Positions 33,724-43,907 of a stretch of DNA of 64,000 nt are shown one piece after another; position 1 is the first letter of the stretch, and each line of letters opens with the position of its first letter. The DNA lies in NCBI GenBank assembly GCA_030849345.1, contig CP102983.1:66911-130910 (forward strand), read 5' to 3'. The position numbers were made by a program, and so were the translations under genes. Origin of the DNA: Enterobacteriaceae bacterium PC38. Its GTDB lineage: Bacteria; Pseudomonadota; Gammaproteobacteria; Enterobacterales; Enterobacteriaceae_A. The notes beneath the pieces are model-generated. The model was not told where the DNA came from and did not search any database. It was given only the letters and a program-made list of their open reading frames with translations.

Positions 33724-33811
33724 AGAGGGATGGTCGAGTGGTTTAAGGCAGTGGTCTTGAAAACCACCAAGAATTAATAATTCTTCGTGGGTTCAAATCC
33801 CACTCCCTCTG
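33724..33811 (+). tRNA. serT: tRNA-Ser(TGA)
   Basis: AGAGGGA/TCCCTCT stem, GTGGT-CTTGAAA-ACCAC anticodon arm, long variable arm, G discriminator. Confidence 0.95.
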
Positions 33812-33927
33812 TTTAATATAAATTAATAAATTTTAATTTTAAATTATAAATTACATATTGAAGTAATTTTATTTATAATAATTATTTATATAAAATTAAA
33901 ATAATATTAAAAAAAATAAATTTAAAA

Positions 33928-36705
33928 ATGAAAAATTATAAATATACTTTAAATTTACCTAAAACTAAATTTCCTATGAAAGGAAATTTGATAAGTAAAG
34001 AAAAAAAAATAATTAAAACATGGAATTTAAAAAATATATATAAAAAAATACAAAAATCAAAAAACAAAAAAAAAATTTATATTTTACATGATGGACCAAT
34101 ATATGCAAATGGTCATATACATATTGGACATGCAATTAATAAAATTATAAAAGATATAATAATTAAATCTAAAAATTTAAGTGGTTTTAATGCTCCATAT
34201 ATCCCAGGATGGGATTGTCATGGTTTACCTATTGAATTAGAAATAGAAAAAAAATATGGTAAACCAGGAATAAAAATTTCAAAATCAGAATTTAGAAAAA
34301 AATGTAGAATTTATGCAAATAAACAAATTTTAATACAAAAAAAAGAATTTATACGTTTAGGTGTTATTGCGGATTGGAAAAACCCATATTTAACAATGAA
34401 TTATAATACAGAAGCAAATATTATAAATGTATTCAAAAAAATCTTAAAATTAGGATATTTAATAAATGGAGAAAAACCAATACATTGGTGTATAAATTGT
34501 CAATCTTCTTTATCAGAAGCTGAAATAGAATATAATAATATTAAATCTTTAAGTCTTTATATATTATTTAAATCTATAAAAAATGATAAAATTTTAAATA
34601 AATTTAATATTAAAAAATTTACAAATGATATTAATTTAGTTATTTGGACAACTACACCTTGGACATTAATATTAAATAAAGCAATTGCAATAAATCCAAA
34701 TGAAATTTATCAACTTATTAAAATTTCAAATAAATATTTTATTTTATCAAAAAATACAACCATTAATATAATAAAATTAATGAAACCGAAAAAATGGAAA
34801 ATAATAGCAAAATGTAAAGGTAAAAAATTAGAATTTTGTTATTTTAAACATCCATTTATAAATTTAAATGTTCCTATTATTTTAAGTAATCATGTAAATT
34901 TATATATTGGAAGTGGTGCAGTTCATATTGCGCCAGAACATGGATTAGATGATTTTTTAATAAGTAAAAAATATTTAATAAAAACATTAACAAAAGTTAA
35001 TAAAAATGGAATTTATATTAATGGAACGCATTTATTGTTAGATAAAAAATTTATTTTTGATGTTAATAATATAATAATTAAATTATTAAAACAAAATAAA
35101 AATTTTTTAAAAAAACAAAAAATTATTCATAAATATCCACATTGTTGGCGCCATAAAACTAAAATTTTTTTAAGAATAACTCCTCAATGGTTTATTAATT
35201 TAAATAAAAATAATTTAAAAGAAGAAATAATAAAAAATATTCAAAAAATTAAATGGATTCCTTCATGGGGTAAATTACATATGGAAAATATGATTAAAAA
35301 TAGACCAGATTGGTGTATTTCTAGACAAAGAACATGGGGAGTACCAATTACATTAATTATAAATAAAAAAAATTTAAAATTACATCCAGATAATATTAAA
35401 ATAATTGAAAATATTATTAAAGTTATTAAAAAAAAGGGTACACAAGAATGGTGGAATTTAAAAATTAAAAATATAATTAAAGAAAAAAAAAAATATACTA
35501 AAATAAATGATATATTAGATGTATGGTTTGATTCTGGAACTACACATTATTCCATAATTAAAAAACGAAATGAATATAAAGGAAATAACTCTAATTTATA
35601 TATAGAAGGTATAGATCAATATCGTGGGTGGTTTATGTCTTCTTTAATAACTTCAATTATAATAACAGGAAAATCACCTTATAAAGAAATAATAACTCAT
35701 GGTTTTGTAGTAGATAAAAAAAAAAAAAAAATGTCAAAATCTGTAGGTAATATAATAAAACCATTAGATTTAATTAAAAAATTTAGTTGTGATGTATTAA
35801 GATTATGGGTTGCTTATTCTGAATATACTAATGAAATAATAGTTTCAAATAAATTATTAAAAAAAACTACAGAAATTTATAGAAAAATTCGTAACACAAT
35901 ACGTTTTTTATTATCAAATATAAATGATTTTAAACCAAATATAAATTTAATAAATTATAATAAAATGATTATATTAGATTTATATATATTAAATTATACA
36001 TTAAAAATTCAAAATAAAATTAAAAAAGCTTATGATAAATATAATTTTATTAAAGTAATAAAATATTTAATTAAATTCTGTACAATAAAAATGGGATCTT
36101 TTTATTTTGATATAATTAAAGATAGGCAATATACTAATAAAAAAAATAGTATATCTAGAAGAAGTGGTCAAACAGTAATGTTTTATATTTTAGAATTTTT
36201 AGTTAGATGGATATCTCCTATTTTATCATTTACAGCTGATGAAATATGGAGTTATTTACCTGGTTATAGATCAAAATTTATTTTTACTGAAGAATGGTAT
36301 AATATAAATTATAAATTTAAAAAATTAAAAATTAATTTTTTAAAACAAATAATTAAAATAAAATATAAAATAAATAAAAAAATTGAAATTTTAAGAAAAA
36401 TTAAAAAAATAGGAAGTTCATTAAAAGCAAATGTTATTATTTATTCAAATAAAAAATTAATAAAATGTTTAAATAAATTTAAAAAAGAATTACATTTTAT
36501 ATTTATTGTTTCTAAAATAAAATTAATTATTTTAAAAAAAAAAAAAATAAATAATTTTAAAATAAATATAATAATTTCAAAAAAAAAAAAATGTAATAGA
36601 TGTTGGCATTATAGTAAAAAATGTAATATATCAAAATATATTGGAATTTGTAATCGTTGTATAATAAATATATTTGGAAAAGGTGAAATAAGAAAATTTA
36701 TATAA
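33928..36705 (+). CDS. ileS: Isoleucyl-tRNA synthetase
   Basis: HIGH, PGWDCHGLPIE, WTTTPWT, DWCISRQR, KMSKS, C-terminal CxRCW zinc site. Confidence 0.98.
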   Translation: MKNYKYTLNLPKTKFPMKGNLISKEKKIIKTWNLKNIYKKIQKSKNKKKIYILHDGPIYANGHIHIGHAINKIIKDIIIKSKNLSGFNAPYIPGWDCHGLPIELEIEKKYGKPGIKISKSEFRKKCRIYANKQILIQKKEFIRLGVIADWKNPYLTMNYNTEANIINVFKKILKLGYLINGEKPIHWCINCQSSLSEAEIEYNNIKSLSLYILFKSIKNDKILNKFNIKKFTNDINLVIWTTTPWTLILNKAIAINPNEIYQLIKISNKYFILSKNTTINIIKLMKPKKWKIIAKCKGKKLEFCYFKHPFINLNVPIILSNHVNLYIGSGAVHIAPEHGLDDFLISKKYLIKTLTKVNKNGIYINGTHLLLDKKFIFDVNNIIIKLLKQNKNFLKKQKIIHKYPHCWRHKTKIFLRITPQWFINLNKNNLKEEIIKNIQKIKWIPSWGKLHMENMIKNRPDWCISRQRTWGVPITLIINKKNLKLHPDNIKIIENIIKVIKKKGTQEWWNLKIKNIIKEKKKYTKINDILDVWFDSGTTHYSIIKKRNEYKGNNSNLYIEGIDQYRGWFMSSLITSIIITGKSPYKEIITHGFVVDKKKKKMSKSVGNIIKPLDLIKKFSCDVLRLWVAYSEYTNEIIVSNKLLKKTTEIYRKIRNTIRFLLSNINDFKPNINLINYNKMIILDLYILNYTLKIQNKIKKAYDKYNFIKVIKYLIKFCTIKMGSFYFDIIKDRQYTNKKNSISRRSGQTVMFYILEFLVRWISPILSFTADEIWSYLPGYRSKFIFTEEWYNINYKFKKLKINFLKQIIKIKYKINKKIEILRKIKKIGSSLKANVIIYSNKKLIKCLNKFKKELHFIFIVSKIKLIILKKKKINNFKINIIISKKKKCNRCWHYSKKCNISKYIGICNRCIINIFGKGEIRKFI

Positions 36706-36812
36706 TTATTTATAATTAAATTTAAATTTTTAATGAATTTATTATTTTAATATTTAAGTATTTTTTTTGACTTTTTTATAAAAAATAATTATTAATATAT
36801 TTAAATTAATTT

Positions 36813-36886
36813 GGCCCTTTAGCTCAGTTGGTTAGAGCAAACGACTCATAATCGTTAGGTCACTGGTTCAAAACCAGTAAGGGCCA
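36813..36886 (+). tRNA. ileX: tRNA-Ile2 (CAT anticodon, lysidine-modified)
   Basis: GGCCCTT/AAGGGCC stem and CGACTCATAATCG anticodon arm match the ileX type, not Met; tilS is in this window. Confidence 0.9.
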
Positions 36887-36964
36887 TATTTAATAAAATA
36901 TATAATTTTAAAAAATAATATATTAAATTTTAAAAAATTATTTATTAATATTTATAAAAATAAA

Positions 36965-38692
36965 ATTAAAAATATAAGGAATTTTTTAATTATTACTCAT
37001 AAGTTATTATAAAATAACTTTATTTGATTGTATAATTCAAATTTGTAATAAATTTAATATTTTAAAAAAATAATAAAAAATTTTAAATTCAATAGGTATT
37101 AAAAAAAGAAATTACAATTAAAACACATACTATTAATTTAAAATATAAATCTCAAAATGGAAAATATAAAAATGAATTTAATAAATACATCAAAATATGT
37201 TGTTTTTTTTAATGAAATTTTTAAATTATTAATAGCCTTCTAAAGTATATTATTATTAATTGATTTAACACAAGAAATAAAAGTACAAACTTTATAAAAT
37301 TATAATAAAGTAATTAAAATTAATTTAGATATAATAATATTATTTAATAAAATTAATTTACCTAATTTAAATATTAAACGTGTATTAAAAGAATTAAAAT
37401 ATATTATTTGAATAAATAAAAAAAAATATTTTATATTATTCAGATAAAATAGGATAATGAGTAATAATTATATTAAAAAATATAATTAAAAATTTTTACC
37501 ACTAAAAAGAAAAAAAATAAATCTTTATAAGTAATTATTATTGATTTTTAGTATGATAATTTTTTAAGTATTACTTTTATAATTTGTATTAAAAATGGTT
37601 TTTTAAATTAAAAGAAAAAATTATAATTATAAATAATAAAAAAAATTATATTATTGAAATTTAGATATTTTTACACTTATTTTTAAAAATATTATTTTTC
37701 GGAAAAGTTAATTTGGATAATATATTTTGAAAAAAAATATAAATAATATTAAAATATGTGATATTATAATTTTTAATTTAAATTTATATAAAAATATAAT
37801 AATTAAATATAAAAAAAATAAAATTACAAATTTATACAAGATTATTTAATTTAAATTTACATCAAAATGAAATTTTTAAAATTCATTTAAAAAATTAAAA
37901 TTAAATGATAACTTTTTTTATGAATTTGAAATATTTTTAATATTATGATTTGGTTTTAAGTATAGTTTTTAGGTTTATTAAATATGGAAATAATTATAGA
38001 ACGTTTTAAAAAAAATATAATTTAAATTTAATAATAATTAAACCTAATATAATATAAAATTTATACTATTAATAAAAAAAAATATTGATAATCCTTATAA
38101 ATTACTCTTAAAAATATAATTAAAAAATATAATAACCAACTTCTAAATATAAAATATTAATACCAAAAATATTTATGTAAAAATAATTAAATTATATATT
38201 GAAAAAAAGGAATTTTAATTAATATAATTTATTTAATATATTAAATACTATTATTAAAAATCATAATCAACTTTATTTTTAAACTTAAAAAATATAATTA
38301 ATAAATATACATAATTAAATTATAATTTTAAATATTATAAAACAGCAAATTTAGTAAAAATTAATATATGAATTAACAATAAAAATATTTATATTATTTC
38401 TAAAATAACATATAAAAATAATTCATATATTGTTTATAAAAAAAATTATATTGAAGTTAAAAAACTTTAATTTATAAATATTAATTTGATATATTAATAC
38501 AAGCTACTATTAATTTAAATATTATTTTAAGTTATAAAATTAAAAATTAAGAAAAAATTTAACTGTTAAATATAATAGTGTTGATATAAGTAGAAAAAAT
38601 TAATATAAAAACAAAAAATTGGTAAAAATAAAAAAAATTTGAAAATATTTTTTATTTTAAAAAATATTTTTTATATTAATTTAAATAAATAA
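36965..38692 (+). pseudogene. lepA: Elongation factor 4 pseudogene with many stops and frameshifts
   Basis: Colinear remnants IKNIRNFLIITH, TLFDCIIQIC, ITIKTHTINLKYKSQNG, LFNKINLP, CIKNG, DISRK; lies upstream of rnc-era; end approximate. Confidence 0.9.
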
Positions 38693-38752
38693 TAATTAAA
38701 TATTTAAAAAATATAAATATTAATTTTTAAAAACTTATTTTAAATTAATTTA

Positions 38753-39421
38753 ATGAAAAATTTAATAATAAAAGAAATTCAAAAAAAAATAGGTTATCGT
38801 TTTAAAAAAAAAAATTTATTATTAAATGCATTAACATATAACAGTAATAATAATGAACGTTTTGAATTTTTAGGAGATTCAATTTTAAATTTTATTATTT
38901 CTAATATTTTATTTAAAAAATTTCCATTAATAAATGAAGGTGAAATGAGTAGAATTAGATCTAATTTAATTAATTATAAAACTTTATCAAAAATTGCAAT
39001 TAAATTTAATTTAATTAAATATGTAAAATTAAAACAAAAAAAAATAAATAATTATAATCATTATAAAAATTTAATATTATCAAATATAATTGAAGCATTA
39101 ATAGCAGGAATATATTTAGATAGTAATATTTATACAATAGAACAAATAATTTTAAATTGGTATAATAAATATATTATAAAAATAAAATTATCAATTTTAA
39201 ATAAAGATTATAAAACTATATTACAAGAAATATTACAAAAAAAAAAAATTAAATTACCAAAATATTCAATAATTAAAATAAATGGAAAAACACATAATCA
39301 AAAATTTATTATTAATTGTAAAATTAATTGTTTTAAAAAATATTTTATAGGTATAGGAGAAACTAAACGTAATGCTGAACAATATGTAGCTAAAAAAATT
39401 ATTAAAATGTTAGGAATTTAA
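38753..39421 (+). CDS. rnc: Ribonuclease III
   Basis: NERFEFLGDSIL, EGEMSR, EALIAGIYLDS, DYKTILQE (dsRBD). Confidence 0.96.
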   Translation: MKNLIIKEIQKKIGYRFKKKNLLLNALTYNSNNNERFEFLGDSILNFIISNILFKKFPLINEGEMSRIRSNLINYKTLSKIAIKFNLIKYVKLKQKKINNYNHYKNLILSNIIEALIAGIYLDSNIYTIEQIILNWYNKYIIKIKLSILNKDYKTILQEILQKKKIKLPKYSIIKINGKTHNQKFIINCKINCFKKYFIGIGETKRNAEQYVAKKIIKMLGI

Positions 39422-40251
39422 TGAAACAAAATATAAAAAATTTATTTGTATCAATTATTGGTAGAACAAATGTAGGTAAATCAACTTTATTAAATAAATT
39501 AATTAAAAAAAAATTTTCAATAACATCTAAAAAAAAAAATACAACAATCGAAAATATTTATAGTATTTATGAAAATAAAAAAAATAAAATTATTTATATA
39601 GATAATCCAGGTTTTATATTAAATAAAAAAAATGTATTAAATTATATAATTAATAAAAAACAATATAATATTGATATAATTATTTATATAATTGAAGGTA
39701 CTATTATAAATAATAATGATGAAAATATAATCAAAATTTTAAAAAAAATTAAATGTTATATTATATTAATAATAAATAAAATAGATATTATTAAAAATAA
39801 GAATTATTTATTACCATACATTAAATTTTTAAGAAAAAAAATAAATTTTCAAGAATTAATACCAATTTCTGCAAAATTTAATATTAATATTAATGTAATT
39901 AATAAAATATTAATTAAACAATTAAATAAAAAAAATGAAAAAAAAAATTATTTTAATTATAAATATTCAAAAAAAAAAATTATATTAGAAACTATACGTG
40001 AAAAAATAATAAGATTTTTAGGACAAGAAATACCATATATAATTAATATAAAAATTCAAAATATATTTGTTAAAAATAAATATAATATTTTTATTTTAAT
40101 ATTAGTTAAAAATTTAAATCAAAAAAAAATAATAATAGGAAAATATGGTAATAAAATTAAAATTATTGGAATTAATTCAAAAATAGAAATTGAAAAAAAA
40201 ATTAAAAAAAAAATAAATTTATTTTTAAAAGTAATTATTAATAATAAATAA
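39421..40251 (+). CDS. era: GTPase Era
   Basis: GRTNVGKSTL, DNPG, NKID, REKI..EIPY, IIGKYG (KH domain); TAATG overlap with rnc. Confidence 0.94.
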   Translation: MKQNIKNLFVSIIGRTNVGKSTLLNKLIKKKFSITSKKKNTTIENIYSIYENKKNKIIYIDNPGFILNKKNVLNYIINKKQYNIDIIIYIIEGTIINNNDENIIKILKKIKCYIILIINKIDIIKNKNYLLPYIKFLRKKINFQELIPISAKFNININVINKILIKQLNKKNEKKNYFNYKYSKKKIILETIREKIIRFLGQEIPYIINIKIQNIFVKNKYNIFILILVKNLNQKKIIIGKYGNKIKIIGINSKIEIEKKIKKKINLFLKVIINNK

Positions 40252-40301
40252 ATTTATTTATATTTTAAAATATAATAAATTAATAAAATTGGGTAATATT
40301 T

Positions 40302-41009
40302 CTGAAAAAATTATTGAATATTAATATTGATTGTATAACAATTTTAAATAATATTAAAAATGATGTTATATTAAATATAATAAAAACTGCTATTATTATT
40401 AAACAAGAAAAAATTAATAATGTAACAATTACTTTTAGAAAAGAATATAAAATAAATAAAATTAATATAATTATTTTAAAAAAAATTATTCAACCAAATA
40501 TTAATTTTGGTATTAAAATATCTGATGAAATTTTAAATTTTATTATTAAAATTAAACCTAAATATTGTTGTATAATACCAGAAAATAAAATTATTATAAA
40601 AAATGGACTTAATATAATTAAAAAAATTGATAAAATTTCTTTATTAAATAATTTATTAAATAGTAATGGAATTAATGTATCTGTATTTATTAATCCTGAT
40701 TTAAATCAAATAGATGCTGCTATTAATGCTGGTTGTAATTCAATAGAATTAAATACAAAATTATATTCATTATCTAAAAATAATTTAGAAAAAAAATATA
40801 ATTTTAATAAAATTAAAAATGCAGCATATTATGCTAATAAAAAAGGATTAAAGGTAAATTTAGGCTGCGGAATAAATTATAATAATATTAAAAATTTATC
40901 TAAAATAAAAGAAATAAATGAAATTAATATTGGATATTCAATAATAAATAATTCAATTATGTTTGGTTTAAGTAAAGCAATTAAAGAAATGTTATTATTA
41001 ATTAATTAG
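40302..41009 (+). CDS. pdxJ: PdxJ (pyridoxine 5'-phosphate synthase) homolog lacking catalytic residues; start CTG 40302 or TTG 40314
   Basis: NIDxI, KPKYCCIIPE, VSVFINPD..QIDAA, GLKVNLGxG, EINIGxSII; canonical position after rnc-era. Confidence 0.85.
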   Translation: MKKLLNINIDCITILNNIKNDVILNIIKTAIIIKQEKINNVTITFRKEYKINKINIIILKKIIQPNINFGIKISDEILNFIIKIKPKYCCIIPENKIIIKNGLNIIKKIDKISLLNNLLNSNGINVSVFINPDLNQIDAAINAGCNSIELNTKLYSLSKNNLEKKYNFNKIKNAAYYANKKGLKVNLGCGINYNNIKNLSKIKEINEINIGYSIINNSIMFGLSKAIKEMLLLIN

Positions 41010-41025
41010 TGTTAAAATATTGATT

Positions 41026-41361
41026 TTAAAATATATTAATATTTTTTGATTTTATATTACGTAAATAATACAATTTTGATTTTTTAGCATAACCATAATT
41101 TATAATATTAATTTTATATATTATTGGAGAATAAGTTTGAAAAACACGTTCAACACCTTCATTATAAGTAATTTTTCTAACAGTAAATGAACTATTTAAT
41201 CCTCTATTTTTAATTGCAATTATTATTCCTTTAAATATTTGTATTTTTTTTTTATTACCTTCAAAAATAAATAATTTAACTTCTATATAATATCCTGTTC
41301 TAAGTTTTGGTATTTTTTTTATAATTTGTTTTTTTTCAAATTTTTGTATAATATTTTGCAT
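41026..41361 (-). CDS. rplS: 50S ribosomal protein L19
   Basis: RGLNSSFTVRKI, EGVERVFQTYSP, KLYYLR. Confidence 0.97.
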   Translation of the reverse strand: MQNIIQKFEKKQIIKKIPKLRTGYYIEVKLFIFEGNKKKIQIFKGIIIAIKNRGLNSSFTVRKITYNEGVERVFQTYSPIIYKINIINYGYAKKSKLYYLRNIKSKNINIF

Positions 41362-41436
41362 TTTTAAAACTTTTTTGAAAATTAAATTTAATATAAAATT
41401 TACAATATATTAAATTACATATAAATTTATAAATAA

Positions 41437-41931
41437 TTAAAAATTTAAATTTAATTTTATTATTTTTAAATTAATATCAATAATTTTAATAATTTTTTTA
41501 ATAATAAAAGGAATCATAATTTCTTTTTTTTTTTTAATAATTAATATAATATTATTTGTTTTAATTGTGTAAATTTTTTTAATTTTACCTAATTTAAAGT
41601 TATTATAATTAATTATTTTACATTTTAATATATCTTTTAAATAATAATTTAATTTATCTTTTTTTTTAAAATTAATATAAACATAATTATTATTTAATAA
41701 TTTTATTTTATTATTATTTAAATTTTTAATTTTAATAATATAATTTTTTTTTTTAATAATATAATATTTTAATAAAATAGTATACCATTTTTTTTTTTTA
41801 ATATAAAATGTTTTATGTTTTAAAAAAAATTTTTTTTTATTAGTTAAGAAAAAAAAATTAAATAATCCTTTTAAATTATAATTATTATTTATTTTACCTA
41901 CAATAATTGGATTTTTAGGTATATTTTTCAT
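41437..41931 (-). CDS. rimM: Ribosome maturation factor RimM, highly diverged
   Basis: IIVGKI..Y.LKG, YYLKDILKC, LGKI, IMIPFI; follows rpsP. Confidence 0.8.
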   Translation of the reverse strand: MKNIPKNPIIVGKINNNYNLKGLFNFFFLTNKKKFFLKHKTFYIKKKKWYTILLKYYIIKKKNYIIKIKNLNNNKIKLLNNNYVYINFKKKDKLNYYLKDILKCKIINYNNFKLGKIKKIYTIKTNNIILIIKKKKEIMIPFIIKKIIKIIDINLKIIKLNLNF

Positions 41932-41941
41932 TTTTTGATAT

Positions 41942-42184
41942 TTATAATTTTAAAATTTTAATTATGTTTTTAACACGATATGAAATAGTTGCTCCTAAAT
42001 TTATCCAATATTTAACACGTTTTTTAAATACATTTATATTATTTATTTTATATGTATTTAATGGATTGAAATAACCTATACGTTCAATAAATTTACTTTT
42101 ATTTGATTTTCTTTTATCTATAACAATTAATTGATAAAATGGTTTTTTTTTAGAGCCTACTCTTTTTAAACGTATTCTTATCAT
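41942..42184 (-). CDS. rpsP: 30S ribosomal protein S16
   Basis: IRLKRVGSKKKPFY, FIERIGYFNP, WINLGA. Confidence 0.97.
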   Translation of the reverse strand: MIRIRLKRVGSKKKPFYQLIVIDKRKSNKSKFIERIGYFNPLNTYKINNINVFKKRVKYWINLGATISYRVKNIIKILKL

Positions 42185-42235
42185 TTTTTTTTTCCTTAAT
42201 TTATTAATAATAAATATAATAATTTTTAAAATATT

Positions 42236-43882
42236 TTAAATAATTTTATGTATTATAAAATTTATAATGTACTCTTTTTTTAAAAATATTATTTTACTAT
42301 TACTTCTATTTTTATATTCAATAAAACCATTTCTACAATTTTTATTACTTATAATTATTAAATGGGGTATACCAAGAAGTTCAATATCATTAAATATTTT
42401 TCCGATTTGTATTTTACGATCATCTAAAATTACATTTATTTTTTTTTTACATAAATTAATATATATATTTTCAGTTATATTATTAACAAGTTTATTTTTA
42501 TATAAGTTAATAGGTAATATAGAAATTTTAAATGGCGCAATTTCATTTGTCCAAATAATACCTTTATTATCATAATTTTGTTCTATAATTGCTGCAATTA
42601 ATCTAGTAATTCCTATACCATAACAACCCATATTAATTTTTTTTTTAAAATTACATTTATTAATAATTTTAGAATATTTATTACCTATTTTAAATATATG
42701 ACCTACTTCTATACTTTTATTAATATATAAATTATTTTTAATATAATTTTTTTTAATATTATAATTTAATAAATCAGCTAAATAAAATAATTTTGATTTT
42801 TTTATCCAATTTAAATTTATAAATAATGTTTTAATATTATTAAATTTAATTATAAAATTTTTCATTTTAATAATATTATAATCAGCAATAATAATAAAAT
42901 TTAAAAATAAATGTTTTATTGAATTTAAATTTTTTATTAATATTTTTTTAATTTCTTTTTTTTTTAAAAAAATAATTGGTTTATTAATATTATTTAATTT
43001 ATAAATTTTATATATATTTATTTTACTATTTTTTGGAATTAATAAAATAATATTTTTATTTTTAAATTTAGCAATAATTATTTGAATTAAATTTTTATTT
43101 AATAATTTAAACTTTTTATTTATTTTTTTTTTTTTTAAAATATTTAAAAAAATAATTTGTCTATTTTTTTCAATATAATATTTTTTTTTTTTAATAATTT
43201 TATTATTTTTATTTAGATTATAATTATTATTTTTTTTTTTAATTAAAGTATGAAATTCATGAGATAAATTACCTCCAATTTCTCCAGAATTTGCTTTTAT
43301 AATATTAAAAAAAAGTCCTAAACGTTTAAAAATTTTAATATAAGTTTTATAAATATTATTATATATTTTTTTTAAACATTCTTTATTATTATGAAAAGAA
43401 TATGCATCCTTCATAATAAATTCTTTTGATCTAATTACACCTAAATTAGGTCTTATTTCATCTCTAAATTTAGTTTTAATTTGAAAAAATTTTAATGGTA
43501 ATTGTTTATATGAATTAATTTCATTACTTATTATTTTATTAATTATTTCTTCATTAGTAGGACTTAAAATAAATAATTTTTTTTTTCTATCATAAAATTT
43601 AATTAATTCTAAACCATATTTATTAAATCTTTTACTTTTCTTCCATAAATTAGCAGGTTGAACTATAGGTATATTAATTTCTAAAAAATTAATTTTATTC
43701 ATTTCTTTTCTAATTAATTTAATAACATTTTTTAATATTATTAAACCTATTGGTAACCAAACATAAAAACCTGAATTTAATTTACGTATCATACCAGATT
43801 TTAACATTAATTTGTAACTTATTGTATCAGAATTCATAGAATTATTTTTAATAGTATATAAATTATAATTACTAGTACGCAT
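42236..43882 (-). CDS. proS: Prolyl-tRNA synthetase
   Basis: MRTS, PTNEE, KFRDEIRP, EFIMKDAYSFH, IEVGHIF, MGCYGIGITR. Confidence 0.97.
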   Translation of the reverse strand: MRTSNYNLYTIKNNSMNSDTISYKLMLKSGMIRKLNSGFYVWLPIGLIILKNVIKLIRKEMNKINFLEINIPIVQPANLWKKSKRFNKYGLELIKFYDRKKKLFILSPTNEEIINKIISNEINSYKQLPLKFFQIKTKFRDEIRPNLGVIRSKEFIMKDAYSFHNNKECLKKIYNNIYKTYIKIFKRLGLFFNIIKANSGEIGGNLSHEFHTLIKKKNNNYNLNKNNKIIKKKKYYIEKNRQIIFLNILKKKKINKKFKLLNKNLIQIIIAKFKNKNIILLIPKNSKINIYKIYKLNNINKPIIFLKKKEIKKILIKNLNSIKHLFLNFIIIADYNIIKMKNFIIKFNNIKTLFINLNWIKKSKLFYLADLLNYNIKKNYIKNNLYINKSIEVGHIFKIGNKYSKIINKCNFKKKINMGCYGIGITRLIAAIIEQNYDNKGIIWTNEIAPFKISILPINLYKNKLVNNITENIYINLCKKKINVILDDRKIQIGKIFNDIELLGIPHLIIISNKNCRNGFIEYKNRSNSKIIFLKKEYIINFIIHKII

Positions 43883-43907
43883 AAAATTTATCTTATAATT
43901 TTAAAAT

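Noticed and set aside
36813..36886. Second CAT tRNA as tRNA-Met or fMet
   Set aside because: Acceptor and anticodon stems match the ileX type; it lacks the C1:A72 mismatch and the GGG/CCC anticodon stem of initiator tRNA.
39060..39125. RNase III acidic residue change (SNIIEAL where E. coli has ADTVEAL) as evidence of inactivity
   Set aside because: The signature ERFEFLGD and the key second Glu are intact; one Asp-to-Asn change is not enough to call it dead.
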